Shown here: in pieces, positions 32,773-46,983 of the stretch
Position numbering within the stretch: the first letter of the stretch is position 1
How the letters are laid out: the number at the start of each line of letters is the position of its first letter
From: Eledone cirrhosa
Lineage: Eukaryota
NCBI GenBank assembly: GCA_964016885.1
Contig: OZ024754.1
Span: 32,860,001-32,924,000 of the forward strand
Direction of reading: 5' to 3'
DNA: 64,000 bases
Translations under genes and position numbers: made by a program
The notes under the pieces: model-generated
The model's input: the letters and a program-made list of their open reading frames with translations, nothing else
Told to the model about the DNA's origin: nothing
The model's database searches: none

Positions 32773-34917
32773 AATAGTAAAACGTTGTTTTTCTTCTAGA
32801 CTTGATCTAGTGTTTGTTGTTGTAGTTATTGTTGTTAAAGATGTTGCTTTTGTTTGACCTGCTTCGTTGGTGTTGAGGACATTGTTTTATTGTTATTTGT
32901 TGTTGTTGTTGTTGTTATTATTGTAGTAGTTGTTGTAGTAGTGGTTATTGTTGTGTTTGTTGTGGTTGTTGTTTGGGGCTGTTGTGGTTGTTGTTTGTTG
33001 TTGTTGGGGGCTGTTGTGGTTGTTGTTTGTTGTTGTTGGGGGCTGTTGTGGTTGTTGTTTGTTGTTTGCTGTTGTTGTTGTTGGGGGTTGTTGTGGTCGT
33101 TGTTGTTGTGGTTGTTCTGATTGTGGTTGTTGTTGTTGGGGGTTGTTGTGGTGGTGGTTTGTTGTGGTTGTTCTGATTGTGGTTGTTGTTGGTCTTTGTT
33201 TTTGTTGTGCTTGTGGTTGTTGTTGTTTCGGGCTGTTGTTGCTGTTGTTGTTGTTGTGGTGGTGGTGGTTGTTGTGTTTGTTGTTGTTGTTCTTGGCTTA
33301 GTTGTTTTTGAGGACGTTGCTCTTTTGTTTTTTTTGTGGGTTTGATTGTTATTACGGTTATTGTGTTTATTGTTGTTAAGAAAATGTTGCTCTCTTGTGT
33401 TTGTGGTTGTTGCTATCTTAGTTGTTGTTGGTACTATTGTAGTTGAGGTTGCTTTTGTGGTTGTTGTTGTCGTTGTTGTTGTTGTTGTCATCATTTCCGT
33501 CGATAATCTTGACAATAGTGTGATGATGTCTACGAAAGATGACCGAAGGAAACTGTTACAGAATTGGTATTTTATTATGCCTCTTTGTATATTCTGAAAT
33601 CTAAATCCTCGCCAGGGGGAGTTAGGCAAGGTGACCAACCACCCCACACCCACCAGTTTTTTCTTTGACTGTAACACTGGTACATATGTATAGCAACGGT
33701 CGATTTTGTCTACTGGACTAACCAGAAAAAGTGTCTACCCTTATACCTGATTAGAAATGATTATATAAGCACCCGCCGAGGTTAACTTTGCCTTTCATCC
33801 TTACGGTGTCGATAAAATAAAGTACCAGTAATACACTGGGATAATTGCTTGCCAAAAGTAGAAACAATTATATAAGCACCCCCCCCCCCCCCCCAACAAA
33901 CGTTAGACTACTCGCCTACCTACCCTCCCCAGTCTTCTTAAAATTGTTAGCCTTATGCCTAAATCAGAAATCATTAGACGCCATGCTTTGCAGCATAGAG
34001 TTATGGGTCTTTACGTTCTGAGTTCAAATCCCGCCGAGGTTACCTTTGTCTTTCATCCTTACGGAATCGATAAAATAAAGCACCAGTAATGCACTGGGTA
34101 ATTGCTGGCCTTGTGTCAAAGATAGAAACTATTATAATGAGGGCGATAGATTAGCAGAATCGGTGGAACGTCGGACAACTTGCTTTGAGGCATATAGTTA
34201 CGGTGCTTTACCTTCTGAGTTCTAATCCCGCCGAGGCTAGCTTTGCCTTTCATACTTAAGGGATCTATAAAATAAAATACCAGTAACGAACAGGGGTAGA
34301 TTTAATCGACTCCCCCCTCGCCCACAAAAAAAAAATATTGTTCGTCTTGTATCTGAATCAGAAACCATTACTTTTTTACCGTCTTTTCTTTTTCTTAGTT
34401 GAGAAAATCGTGTAAAATATCGCTGGTGATAGAAAAAAGCAGACAATGATATTGTCAGGCTTCTTAAGTCAAGTGCTTCGTTTAGACTTCTTGCAACTGT
34501 TTCAAAATTATTTAAGACGGAATTGGAAGCCAGCAGTTCGTTAGCTTAGTGGTTAACGCAATCGACTCGCGTCCTTTCCACCTTTTCCATCTCTAAAGGT
34601 TTTTTGTTTTTTTTTTTCAAATATTTTTTAGAGTGATCGTTTAATATTCTGTTCGTTTATATTGGGACGTACATATTTCAAATTTCCCATTTCCCCACTG
34701 CTTCTTAAATCAACTACTTTGTACGCGATACCCATTCTTTCATTTCCTCAATCCCTTTCTTCTTTCTCCATCTTTCCTTCCCATCTCCCACATCGCCAGA
34801 TATTTTTTTCTCCCCAAAACAACCCACCAAAACAAAGAAACACTGACGACCCCGAATTAACGAGAACAGATGAATGCTTTAATGCTATACGTGAAACATT
34901 CTCTCGTTAGCTAGCTA

Positions 34918-35048
34918 ACAGCAGTCTGATGAACTTTGATTCCAGAGTCTGGCCCGATCGATAGTCATCGAATCTTGAGCTGATCAATCGCGAAACTCGC
35001 GTCACACCTGAATAAACTTGATGAAAACCTGACACCTCGTCCATACTT
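34918..35048 (+). mobile_element. Penelope-like 3' end remnant with long-stem-II hammerhead-like motif (duplicate at 40751-40881)
   Basis: CTGATGA (34926) ... TTGAT/ATCAA pairing ... CGAAACTCGCGTC (34991-35003), then AATAAA and a (TA)n tract. Stem I pairs only partly. Confidence 0.4.
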
Positions 35049-35087
35049 ATATATATATATATGTGTGTGGGTGTGTGGGTGGGTGTG

Positions 35088-35350
35088 GGGGCACGTGGCC
35101 TAGTTAGGACTTACGATCGTAATGTTGTGGGTTCGAGTCCTGGGTTACCTGTTGTTATCTTGAGCAAAACACTTCATTTCACGTTGCTCCAGTATACTCA
35201 GCTGAAAACGAGTACCAGCAATAGCTGGAGGTTTAACCCTGAGATGGACTGGCGTCCTGTCCAGGGCGGCAGTCTTGTACTCTCAGTCGCTTCACATCAT
35301 GAAACCAGGATAAGCACCCGCCAAATGAGCCTCTCGCTTAAGATAGACTT
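35088..35350 (+). mobile_element. tRNA-derived SINE with CORE-like and V-like segments (duplicate at 40921-41183)
   Basis: TGGCCTAGTTAGG ... GGTTCGAGTCC B-box, TTGAGCAAAACACTT CORE-like motif, GATGGACTGGCGTCCTGTCCAGGG. A related minus-strand copy lies at 44790-45060. Confidence 0.7.
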
Positions 35351-35437
35351 TACACTTGCACGTATTGAGTTCACTTCTCCCGTTTGTAAAACCAAACGTA
35401 CCATGTAAAATATAATATATATATATATTTATATATC

Positions 35438-35484
<47 letters not shown>

Positions 35485-35656
35485 ATATATATATGCATGT
35501 GTGTTCATGTGTGTGCGTGATAGTTATATTTATATACATACTAGACCACTAGTGACCCGTTGGGTCACGTTCACTTGAAAATAATTTTAAAATAATTAAT
35601 ATATACACAGGTAAAATGTAAAATGAGTTTGGAAAGCACACACGCACCCGCACGCG

Positions 35657-35687
<31 letters not shown>

Positions 35688-35697
35688 TCACACACAT

Positions 35698-35752
<55 letters not shown>

Positions 35753-35769
35753 AACAAGTAAGACCCCGA

Positions 35770-35969
35770 NNNNNNNNNNNNNNNNNNNNNNNNNNNNNNN
35801 NNNNNNNNNNNNNNNNNNNNNNNNNNNNNNNNNNNNNNNNNNNNNNNNNNNNNNNNNNNNNNNNNNNNNNNNNNNNNNNNNNNNNNNNNNNNNNNNNNNN
35901 NNNNNNNNNNNNNNNNNNNNNNNNNNNNNNNNNNNNNNNNNNNNNNNNNNNNNNNNNNNNNNNNNNNNN
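35770..35969. other. Assembly gap (200 N)
   Basis: Run of N. Confidence 1.
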
Positions 35970-35976
35970 TATATAT

Positions 35977-36008
<32 letters not shown>

Positions 36009-36029
36009 TGTATATATATCATATATATG

Positions 36030-36118
<89 letters not shown>

Positions 36119-36910
36119 GTTTATATATATATGTTTATATATATATATATGTTTATATATATATATATGTTTATATATATATATATGTTTATATATATAT
36201 ATATGTTTATATATATATGTTTATATATATATATATATATATATGTTTATATATATATATATATGTTTATATATATATATATATGTTTATATATATATAT
36301 GTTTATATATATATATATATGTTTATATATATATATGTTTATATATATATATATATGTTTATATATATATATATATGTTTATATATATATATATATATGT
36401 TATATATATATATGTTTATATATATATATATATGTTTATATATATATATATATATGTTTATATATATATATATATATGTTTATATATATATATATATATG
36501 TTTATATATATATATATATATGTTTATATATATATATATATATGTTTATATATATATATATATATGTTTATATATATATATATATATGTTTATATATATA
36601 TATATATGTTTATATATATATATATATATGTTTATATATATATATATATATGTTTATATATATATATATATATGTTTATATATATATATATATATGTTTA
36701 TATATATATATATATATGTTTATATATATATATATATATGTTTATATATATATATATATATGTTTATATATATATATATATGTTTATATATATATATATA
36801 TATGTTTATATATATATATATATATATGTTTATATATATATATATATATATATGTTTATATATATATGTTTATATATATATATATATATATATATGTTTA
36901 TATATATATG

Positions 36911-36963
<53 letters not shown>

Positions 36964-37411
36964 GTTTTTATATATATATATATATATGTTTATATATATA
37001 TATATATATATATATGTTTATATATATATGTTTATATATGTATATATATATATGTTTATATATGTATATATATATATGTTTATATATGTATATATATATA
37101 TGTTTATATATGTATATATATATATGTTTATATATGTATATATATATATATGTTTATATATGTATATATATATATGTTTATATATGTATATATATATATA
37201 TTTATAAATATCATATAAATATTTATATATTATGTATATATTATATATATATTATGTATATATTATATGTGTATATATTATATGTGTATATATTATATAT
37301 ATATATATTGTATGTATATATTATATGTGTATATATTATATATATATATATTGTATGTATATATTATATGTGTATATATTATATATATATATATATATTG
37401 TATGTATATAT

Positions 37412-37457
<46 letters not shown>

Positions 37458-37460
<3 letters not shown>

Positions 37461-37745
37461 CATTTTCAGTGTGCTATTTTACACTCCAACACACACGCAC
37501 ACTGTTTGTCTTTCGCTTTTGCACACACTGTGTATGCATATGTATGGATCTTTATGTGTGTGTGTGTGTATCTCTGTGTGTGTGTTCGTATGACCGTGGG
37601 AGCGTGTTTGTGAATGAACGGCTCCATGGTCACGTGTGTAGTCGGTCAGAAATGGACGTTTTGTTTATGTTTTTGTTTTGTTTGTCGGATCACGAACTCA
37701 TCATCGCTTATCAACTACAATTAATGGTGGTGGGGACTATTGTGG

Positions 37746-37776
<31 letters not shown>

Positions 37777-40700
37777 GGTGGTAGTGGTGGTGGTTAGTAG
37801 TGGTCTCGTTGTTGGTGGTATTGATGATGATACTGATGGTGTTGATGAAGGTGGTGGTGATGTTGGTGGTGAATGTGGTGATGGTGGTGGTGAGTATAAG
37901 GATAATGGTGGTGGTGGTGGTGGTGGTGGTAGTGGTGGTGGTTAGTAGTGGTGTCGTTGTTGGTGGTATTGATGATGATACTGATGGTGTTGATGAAGGT
38001 GGTGGTGATGTTGGTGGTGAATGTGGTGGTGGTGGTGAGTGTAAGGATAATGGTGATGGTGGTGGTGGTGATGGTGGTGGTGCTGATAGTCGCAGTGATA
38101 GTTGTAGTGGTGGTGGTAAGTGGGAATGAGAGTGGTGATGATAGTGATGGTGTTGATGGAGGTAATGTGGTGGTGATGGCGATGATGATGATTGTGGTGG
38201 TGATGGTGACGTCGACGAAAGCGATGACAACAACGATGATAATAATTGTTTCTACTTTAGGCACAAGGCCGCCAGCAATCACCCCAGTACATTACTGGTA
38301 CTTTATTTTATCGACCCCCGTATGGATGAAAAACAAAATTAACTTCGGCAGGATTTGAACTCAGAATATAAAGGGCCGTAACTCTATGCTGCAAAGCATG
38401 GTGTCTGACGCTCCACCCATACTGCCAATCCACCGCCTTATAATTGTTTCTACTTTTGGCACAAGGCCAGCAATTATCCCAGTGTATTACTGGTACTTTA
38501 TTTTATCGACTCCGTAAGGATGAAAGGCAAAGATAATCTCGGTGGGATTTGAACCCAGAACGTAAAGGGCCGTAACTCTATCTTCTACCGATACTTCCAG
38601 TCTACCGCCCTAATAGTAAAACGTTGTTTTTCTTCTAGACTTGATCTAGTGTTTGTTGTTGTAGTTATTGTTGTTAAAGATGTTGCTTTTGTTTGACCTG
38701 CTTCGTTGGTGTTGAGGACATTGTTTTATTGTTATTTGTTGTTGTTGTTGTTGTTATTATTGTAGTAGTTGTTGTAGTAGTGGTTGTTGTTGTGTTTGTT
38801 GTGGTTGTTGTTTGGGGCTGTTGTGGTTGTTGTTTGTTGGGGGCTGTTGTGGTTGTTGTTTGTTGTTGTTGGGGGCTGTTGTGGTTGTTGTTTGTTGTTT
38901 GCTGTTGTTGTTGTTGGGGGTTGTTGTGGTCGTTGTTGTTGTGGTTGTTCTGATTGTGGTTGTTGTTGTTGGGGGTTGTTGTGGTGGTGGTTTGTTGTGG
39001 TTGTTCTGATTGTGGTTGTTGTTGGTCTTTGTTTTTGTTGTGCTTGTGGTTGTTGTTGTTTCGGGTTGTTGTTGCTGTTGTTGTTGTTGTGGTGGTGGTG
39101 GTTGTTGTGTTTGTTGTTGTTGTTCTTGGCTTAGTTGTTTTTGAGGACGTTGCTCTTTTGTTTTTTTTGTGGGTTTGATTGTTATTACGGTTATTGTGTT
39201 TATTGTTGTTAAGAAAATGTTGCTCTCTTGTGTTTGTGGTTGTTGCTATCTTAGTTGTTGTTGGTACTATTGTAGTTGAGGTTGCTTTTGTGGTTGTTGT
39301 TGTCATTGTTGTTGTTGTTGTCATCATTTCCGTCGATAATCTTGACAATAGTGTGATGATGTCTACGAAAGATGACCGAAGGAAACTGTTACAGAATTGG
39401 TATTTTATTATGCCTCTTTGTATATTCTGAAATCTAAATCCTCGCCAGGGGGAGTTAGGCAAGGTGACCAACCACCCCGCACCCACCAGTTTTTTCTTTG
39501 ACTGTAACACTGGTACATATGTATAGCAACGGTCGATTTTGTCTACTGGACTAACCAGAAAAAGTGTCTACCCTTATACCTGATTAGAAATGATTATATA
39601 AGCACCCGCCGAGGTTAACTTTGCCTTTTATCCTTACGGTGTCGATAAAATAAAGTACCAGTAATACACTGGGATAATTGCTTGCCAAAAGTAGAAACAA
39701 TTATATAAGCACCCCCCCCCCCCCCCCAACAAACGTTAGACTACTCGCCTACCTACCCTCCCCAGTCTTCTTAAAATTGTTAGCCTTATGCCTAAATCAG
39801 AAATCATTAGACGCCATGCTTTGCAGCATAGAGTTATGGGTCTTTACGTTCTGAGTTCAAATCCCGCCGAGGTTACCTTTGTCTTTCATCCTTACGGAAT
39901 CGATAAAATAAAGCACCAGTAATGCACTGGGGTAATTGCTGGCCTTGTGTCAAAGATAGAAACTATTATAATGAGGGCGATAGATTAGCAGAATCGGTGG
40001 AACGTCGGACAACTTGCTTTGAGGCATATAGTTACGGAGCTTTACCTTCTGAGTTCTAATCCCGCCGAGGCTAGCTTTGCCTTTCATACTTAAGGGATCT
40101 ATAAAATAAAATACCAGTAACGAACAGGGGTAGATTTAATCGACTCCCCCCCTCGCCCACAAAAAAAAATATTGTTCGTCTTGTGCCTGAATCAGAAACC
40201 ATTACTTTTTTACCGTCTTTTCTTTTTCTTAGTTGAGAAAATCGTGTAAAATATCGCTGGTGATAGAAAAAAGCAGACAATGATATTGTCAGGCTTCTTA
40301 AGTCAAGTGCTTCGTTTAGACTTCTTGCAACTGTTTCAAAATTATTTAAGACGGAATTGGAAGCCAGCAGTTCGTTAGCTTAGTGGTTAACGCAATCGAC
40401 TCGCGTCCTTTCCACCTTTTCCATCTCTAAAGGTTTTTTTGTTTTTTTTTCAAATATTTTTTAGAGTGATCGTTTAATATTCTGTTCGTTTATATTGGGA
40501 CGTACATATTTCAAATTTCACATTTCCCCACTGCTTCTCAAATCAACTACTTTGTACGCGATACCCATTCTTTCATTTCCTCAATCCCTTTCTTCTTTCT
40601 CCATCTTTCCTTCCCATCTCCCACATCGCCAGATATTTTTTTCTCCCCAAAACAACCCACCAAAACAAAGAAACACTGACGACCCCGAATTAACGAGAAC

Positions 40701-41242
40701 AGATGAATGCTTTAATGCTATACGTGAAACATTCTCTCGTTAGCTAGCTAACAGCAGTCTGATGAACTTTGATTCCAGAGTCTGGCCCGATCGATAGTCA
40801 TCGAATCTTGAGCTGATCAATCGCGAAACTCGCGTCACACCTTAATAAACTTGATGAAAACCTGACACCTCGTCCATACTTATATATATATATATGTGTG
40901 TGGGTGTGTGGGTGGGTGTGGGGGCACGTGGCCTAGTTAGGACTTACGATCGTAATGTTGTGGGTTCGAGTCCTGGGTTACCTGTTGTGTTCTTGAGCAA
41001 AACACTTCATTTCACGTTGCTCCAGTATACTCAGCTGAAAACGAGTACCAGCAATAGCTGGAGGTTTAACCCTGAGATCGACTGGCGTCCTGTCCAGGGC
41101 GGCAGTCTTGTACTCTCAGTCGCTTTACATCATGAAACCAGGATAAGCACCCGCCAAATGAGCCTCTCGCTTAAGATAGACTTTACACTTGCACGTATTG
41201 AGTTCACTTCTCCCGTTTGTAAAACCAAACGTACCATGTAAA

Positions 41243-41281
<39 letters not shown>

Positions 41282-41282
41282 G

Positions 41283-41329
<47 letters not shown>

Positions 41330-41531
41330 ATATATATATGCATGTGTGTTCATGTGTGTGCGTGATAGTTATATTTATATACATACTAGACCACTAGTGA
41401 CCCGTTGGGTCACGTTCACTTGAAAATCATTTTAAAATAATTAATATATACACAGGTAAAATGTAAAATGAGTTTGGAAGGCACACCCGCACCCGCACCC
41501 GCACGCGCACGCGCACGCGCGCGCGCGCGCA

Positions 41532-41573
<42 letters not shown>

Positions 41574-41625
41574 CACACTCACACACACACTCACACTCTC
41601 TCACACACACACACACACACACACT

Positions 41626-41693
<68 letters not shown>

Positions 41694-41710
41694 AACAAGT
41701 AAGACCCCGA
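37458..41710 (+). repeat. Near-identical direct duplicate of 31746-35769 (plus the upstream TA satellite)
   Basis: Colinear, with scattered SNPs, microsatellite length differences and one extra ~130-bp internal repeat. Confidence 0.92.
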
Positions 41711-41883
41711 CGGCTGAGCTCAAGCCGTTTCGACGGCTAATTCTGTACTGAATTAGCCGTCGAAACGGCTTGAGCTCAGCCGTCGGGGTCTTACTTGTTC
41801 CTATTACCCACTCTACTACCCTAAGTATTGAATACTTTAGTGCGTTATGGTCCACCTGGTTCCTTACCACATTTCCTTCGTTA
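41689..41883. mobile_element. Fold-back element (family F2): 55-bp arms, 6-nt spacer, ~80-nt tail
   Basis: 41689-41743 is the reverse complement of 41750-41804. Relatives lie at 41922-41990, 56949-57083 and (truncated) 35749-35769. Confidence 0.8.
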
Positions 41884-41926
<43 letters not shown>

Positions 41927-43689
41927 AAGGAAGTGTGGTAAAGAACCAGGTGGACCATAACGCACCAGGGGGTCCTGACTCTTTTCCTATATATATATAT
42001 ATACACGTGTGTGTACCTGTGTGTGTGTATACATATATATATATATATATATGTGGGTGTCTGTGACCTATGTACGCTGGGAACAGACACACACACACAC
42101 ACACACACATGTACATATACACAACAACACCATCAGCTCTCTCTCTCTCTCTTCCATTTTCTTTCTCTGTCTCCCTCTCTCTCTCTCTCTCTCTCTCTAT
42201 GTCTCCTTGAATCTACTCTCATACAACCACTATCTCTTTTTTTCTATCTCTCTCTCTGTTTATGAAGGTACCCGGAAAAACCCCATATCTCGGGAACCCA
42301 TGCTCTGATTTACACGAAACTTGTTTTATTCCATTTGTATTTCCATTTCAGGGGCAACTTCCTTTCAAAGTATTTTCCCATTATGCACCGTTTTGGCTGT
42401 ATTACATTACAAACAAGCACACAATCACAGACTTTTCATAATATATAGATAGAATAGAAATGACCAAAACTGCACCAAAGTCTCAATAAATGTACAGTTT
42501 TAGTCTATAGACATGTAAATATAGCAATTGTACGTATTTCCCTGTACATTGAACAACAAATGATAAACACCCTTAACCAGTTTTCCTACCTAGTTGGATT
42601 CTTTTAGAAGGCATATATATATAATCTAAATAGCCACAAGGAAATACGTAACGAGATGCTACTATTGGATTGGTAGAATCAATAGACCGTCGGACACCAT
42701 GCTTTGCAGCATAGAGTTACGCCCCTTTTCGGTCTGTGTTCAAATCCCGCCGAGGTTAACTTTGCCTTTCATCCTTACGGGGTTCGATAAAATAAATTAC
42801 CAGTAATGCACTGGGGTCGATTTAATCGACTTTCCCCTCTCCCCAAATTGCTGGCCTTGTGCCCAAAGTAGAAACAATTACTTATAGTAGTATCCTGAAA
42901 TGAACGTATTAATTAGCAAGGTATTTACGCTCACGTTGGTAGTTATTTACCTGTAATTCAAATGGTTGGTCTTGTCACCCATCGTGTCACGCTGAATCTC
43001 CCTGAAAGCCTCGTTATGTGTACATGTGTGGAATACTGTGTGTACATGTGTGGAATGCGTGTGTGGAATACAGTGTGGAATGTGTGTGGAATACTCAACT
43101 ACATACACGGTAATTTCACGAATATTTTGTTCCGCTGATTAAATAAATTCGATTACTCCTCATCGCAACCGACGGATGTTCAAATCTAGAATGTATTCTT
43201 CTTATATCTTGTTTCAATTTTGTTTTAATTTTTAGTTTCAAAGTCACAAATTGTTTATATTTTATTTATGTAGACGGTGAATTGTCAAAGTGGTTAGAAC
43301 GTCGGATAGAGTCCTTTGCGGTATTCGTTCCTGCTCGGTGCTTTCTCAGTTCAAATCCCGCCGGGATCAACTTTGCTTTCAACCAATTGAGGTTGATAAA
43401 AAAAAAAAGTGCTAGTCTTGTATTGGGGTGGATTCTTCCTCTTTATCTCTTCCCTTCTTTCACTCTCTATCCTTTACTGAAAGATATCTGCTAAAATCAG
43501 GCCCTAGAGAGGGGATGAACCCCACCAGGTTTTAAAATGCCATAAGAAGCGCCATATGTCAATATAACGCCCCTACGCCTCCCCTATATATATATATATA
43601 TACATATATATATGTGTGTGTGTGTGGAGGGGGTAGTACCTGTCACTAAGTAATGTATAGTATATAAGTTCATGTCAGACAGGTCCTCA

Positions 43690-44580
43690 CACTCCTAGTT
43701 AGTCTCTACAATCTTTCCAGACCCAATTACAAAAGCTGACCAACAATAAATATCACTGAATTGCAATACGTCAATGACAGTTCCCCAGTAACTGATTCAT
43801 CTAAAGAAAAACAGAAATTAGTTTTCAACTTTAAAAATGCGTGTGATCGAGTCGGTTTGATAATCGGCAACCCGGAAAACAAAAATATTTGCATATCCTG
43901 CTCCAAAACTCAATCATTTCAGATTTCACCTTCACCATCACCAACGCATCACTGGAACAAGAAAAGACAGCTTCCTGTATCATGGAATCATACTCTCCGC
44001 ATAATGTAATCCAGAAGAAAGATGTCGAGTACAGGATCAGAGGTGTCCGTGTCACTTTTGTAAAACTCTTCCATCGATTCTTCGGAAACAAAAACCTGAA
44101 ACTTCAAACCAAGTTCGAGCAGTGATTGTCTCTACTTTATTCTATGGTTGTAAAATATGAGCTTTAAACTGCCGGGCCATACGAAAACTTTATCGATTTC
44201 ATCAACAGAAACTTCGATCAGTTATCAGAATGAATGTGAGGACAATATTAGCAGCCTTGCAGTCCTTGAACGGCCCTGTGTCAACAACATTGGGCCCACC
44301 CCATGAAATGGATGGACAGGATACGTCCACCACAAATAGCACCAAACTGTCAAATCTTTTACAGCGAACTCAGCCCAGGCATGAAATCTCTTGACCGCCA
44401 CGTGCAACTCTACAAAGACCTATTGAAACAGACGATGAAGGGCACCAACATCGACCCTAAGTCCTCAGAAGACAGAACAGCCGGGGATCATCTTATGAAG
44501 ATCGACAATCAGATGTGTCGTGTGTGAACAATTTTTCTTTGCAGAAATCGACCTTGCCTGCTATCGTAGGCACCATCACG
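43690..44580 (+). pseudogene. Degenerate RTE/BovB-clade LINE reverse transcriptase 3' fragment
   Basis: Frameshifted peptides LEQE..SFLYHGIIL, DVEYRI, STLFYGCKI, RFHQQKLRSVI and QIFYSELSPG resemble the post-YADD and thumb region of RTE LINEs. Confidence 0.6.
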
Positions 44581-45101
44581 TGTGCGGAAATTGAAAGGAA
44601 TGAAAATTATATTGGGAAACGGGAAGGACCTGACAAGGATATGTCATTGGAAAGATTAGAAAAATAATTGGCAGTAAATGTTTCAGAAAATATTCAGTAA
44701 ATATTTTGGGATTTTTATAGAAAGTAATAACAAAATTATATTTTATTCATTGCGCTCCATTTTATTCTATATACATCTAAAATATGTCTTGAGGCGGGGG
44801 AAGATTAAGTTGGTGCTTATCCCCAGCTTCAGTGGCGTGAAGCGACTGAAAGTACAAGATTCCCCCGTAGACAGGACGCCAGTCTATTGCAGGGTTAAAT
44901 CTCCAGTTATTATTAGTACTCATTTTCAGCTGAGTATACTGGAGCAACATGAAATGAAGTGTTTTTTTTTAAGAACACAACACTAACACAGTCCAGGATT
45001 CGAACTCACGATATTTTGTTCTTAAGTCCAACACCCAAACCACTAGGCCACGCGACTCCACATCTATCTATCTATCTATCTATATATATATATATATATA
45101 T

Positions 45102-45145
<44 letters not shown>

Positions 45146-45604
45146 AGACACATACACACAAACACACACACACACAAACACACACTCTTTTACTTTCGTC
45201 CCTTTTGCTATATATACATATGTTTATTTTTCTTAAAAGCAATCCCCCTCACATTTCTCAAATTAATACGATATATATGGATGATGTATATATACTTTTA
45301 TTTGTTTATTGGTTTCAGTGATTATACCGAGACTATGGACCCATGCCGAGACACTTGAAGCAATTCAGGGGCTCCTATCTACCCCAGTGGTCATTCTTCA
45401 CGTTTGGTAATTGTTTTAATGATACCCTTTTTTTGTCTAACCTCTAAATTACGACACACATCCACACACACACACACACATCCACACACACACACAATAA
45501 CACACACATACACACTAACACACACACACACACACTCACATACATACTAACACACACATACACACTAACACACTCACACACACACACACACACACACACA
45601 CATC

Positions 45605-45635
45605 CTGACGAAGGACTAACGTCCGAAACTTTAAA
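45605..45635 (+). ncRNA. Hammerhead core remnant
   Basis: CTGACGA-A-GGAC(TAAC)GTCC-GAAAC directly after a (CA)n tract. Stems I and III are not recognisable. Confidence 0.4.
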
Positions 45636-45890
45636 CTTCTCTCTTTCATCCAAAGCGGGAATCTAACAACACTAACTGATTTTGTATCTCTGTGTCTCTC
45701 AATTTTTATTATATATATCTGCAGCTTGGTAATGTCTGTTTGCCCCCATTTGGTGGTTGGTGCGGTCCATGGTTGGTTTACATAATTGGGGGTTGGTTTA
45801 GATGGGGTTTATGATGAAAGTCTACGGTGTTTTGGCACTGTTTTGTTTATAGGTTAGCTTAGGGCAATCAAAGGTCTTAGTTACACGCAC

Positions 45891-45990
<100 letters not shown>

Positions 45991-45999
45991 TTAAAATTT

Positions 46000-46180
46000 A
46001 ATTTCATAATAAACAACACGATATAATTACTCCATTACATTTCTGTAAGGGTCGTCTAGTTTCCTGAAACCTTTGGTAATGGAATAATTATATTGTGTTG
46101 TTTATTATGTAATTAAATAGCTCCGTACTATATATGGAGCACTCTTCTTTCCTTTTACTTTTTCTACAGAAATACTTAAT
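46000..46180. repeat. Imperfect inverted repeat (~40-bp arms) with tail
   Basis: cataataaacaacacgatataattactccattac vs gtaatggaataattatattgtgttgtttattatg. The tail end acagaaatacttaat is shared with 15880-15894. Confidence 0.55.
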
Positions 46181-46209
46181 AAACCCCCCCCCCCCCCACA
46201 CACACACAT

Positions 46210-46246
<37 letters not shown>

Positions 46247-46254
<8 letters not shown>

Positions 46255-46448
46255 AAAAAAGGAAAAGAATTACTTCACTTGTAGTTCAAAACAATTTAAT
46301 TTTATAATATTACAATTTTACAATTTTGCTACATACCTAAATTGTAAAATTGAAATATTATAAAATTAAATTATTTGGAACTACAAGTGAAGTCATTCTT
46401 TTATTTTTTTCAAATATACCTAACTCTGCCAAGGATTTTACACATTAC

Positions 46449-46452
<4 letters not shown>
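46247..46452. mobile_element. Older fold-back element in (TA)n: ~80-bp imperfect arms plus ~33-nt tail
   Basis: 46247-46327 vs ~46338-46418, several mismatches. Confidence 0.65.
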
Positions 46453-46495
<43 letters not shown>

Positions 46496-46642
46496 GATTA
46501 GCTCCTGTAGTTTTCGCCTGCCAAACCATAGGCCAGTTTGAGACTATAGTAGATGAGACTTGCCCTAGTTCCTCATAATGGGACTGAATCCAGAACCAAG
46601 TGGTTCCGATGTGAAATCCTTCGCCAGACAGACATGCTATAT

Positions 46643-46696
<54 letters not shown>

Positions 46697-46699
<3 letters not shown>

Positions 46700-46983
46700 T
46701 TTCATTAACATAACAGATTAAAGTTTAAGCAAAGAATCGCTTCTTTCACCCCTGACATCAAGGGTGAAAGCAGCGATTCTTTGCTTAAACTTTATTCTGT
46801 TATTTTAATAAATATTTGCTCTACGGTTTTTATATATCTTTATATATACATATTCCTTATCGAGCCCTCTTCGGATTTTAGTCTTCACATTTATTATTAT
46901 TACTATATATAGATTCATTTTTTGGGTTTCAGAAGATCCCGTTAAGGGTGAAAGCGATTCTTTGCTTAAACTTCAATCTGTTA

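Noticed and set aside
32835-33677. 280-aa ORF duplicated at 38674-39510
   Set aside because: Mostly (AAC)n repeat plus SINE-derived sequence. Its recurrence reflects the duplication, not coding conservation.
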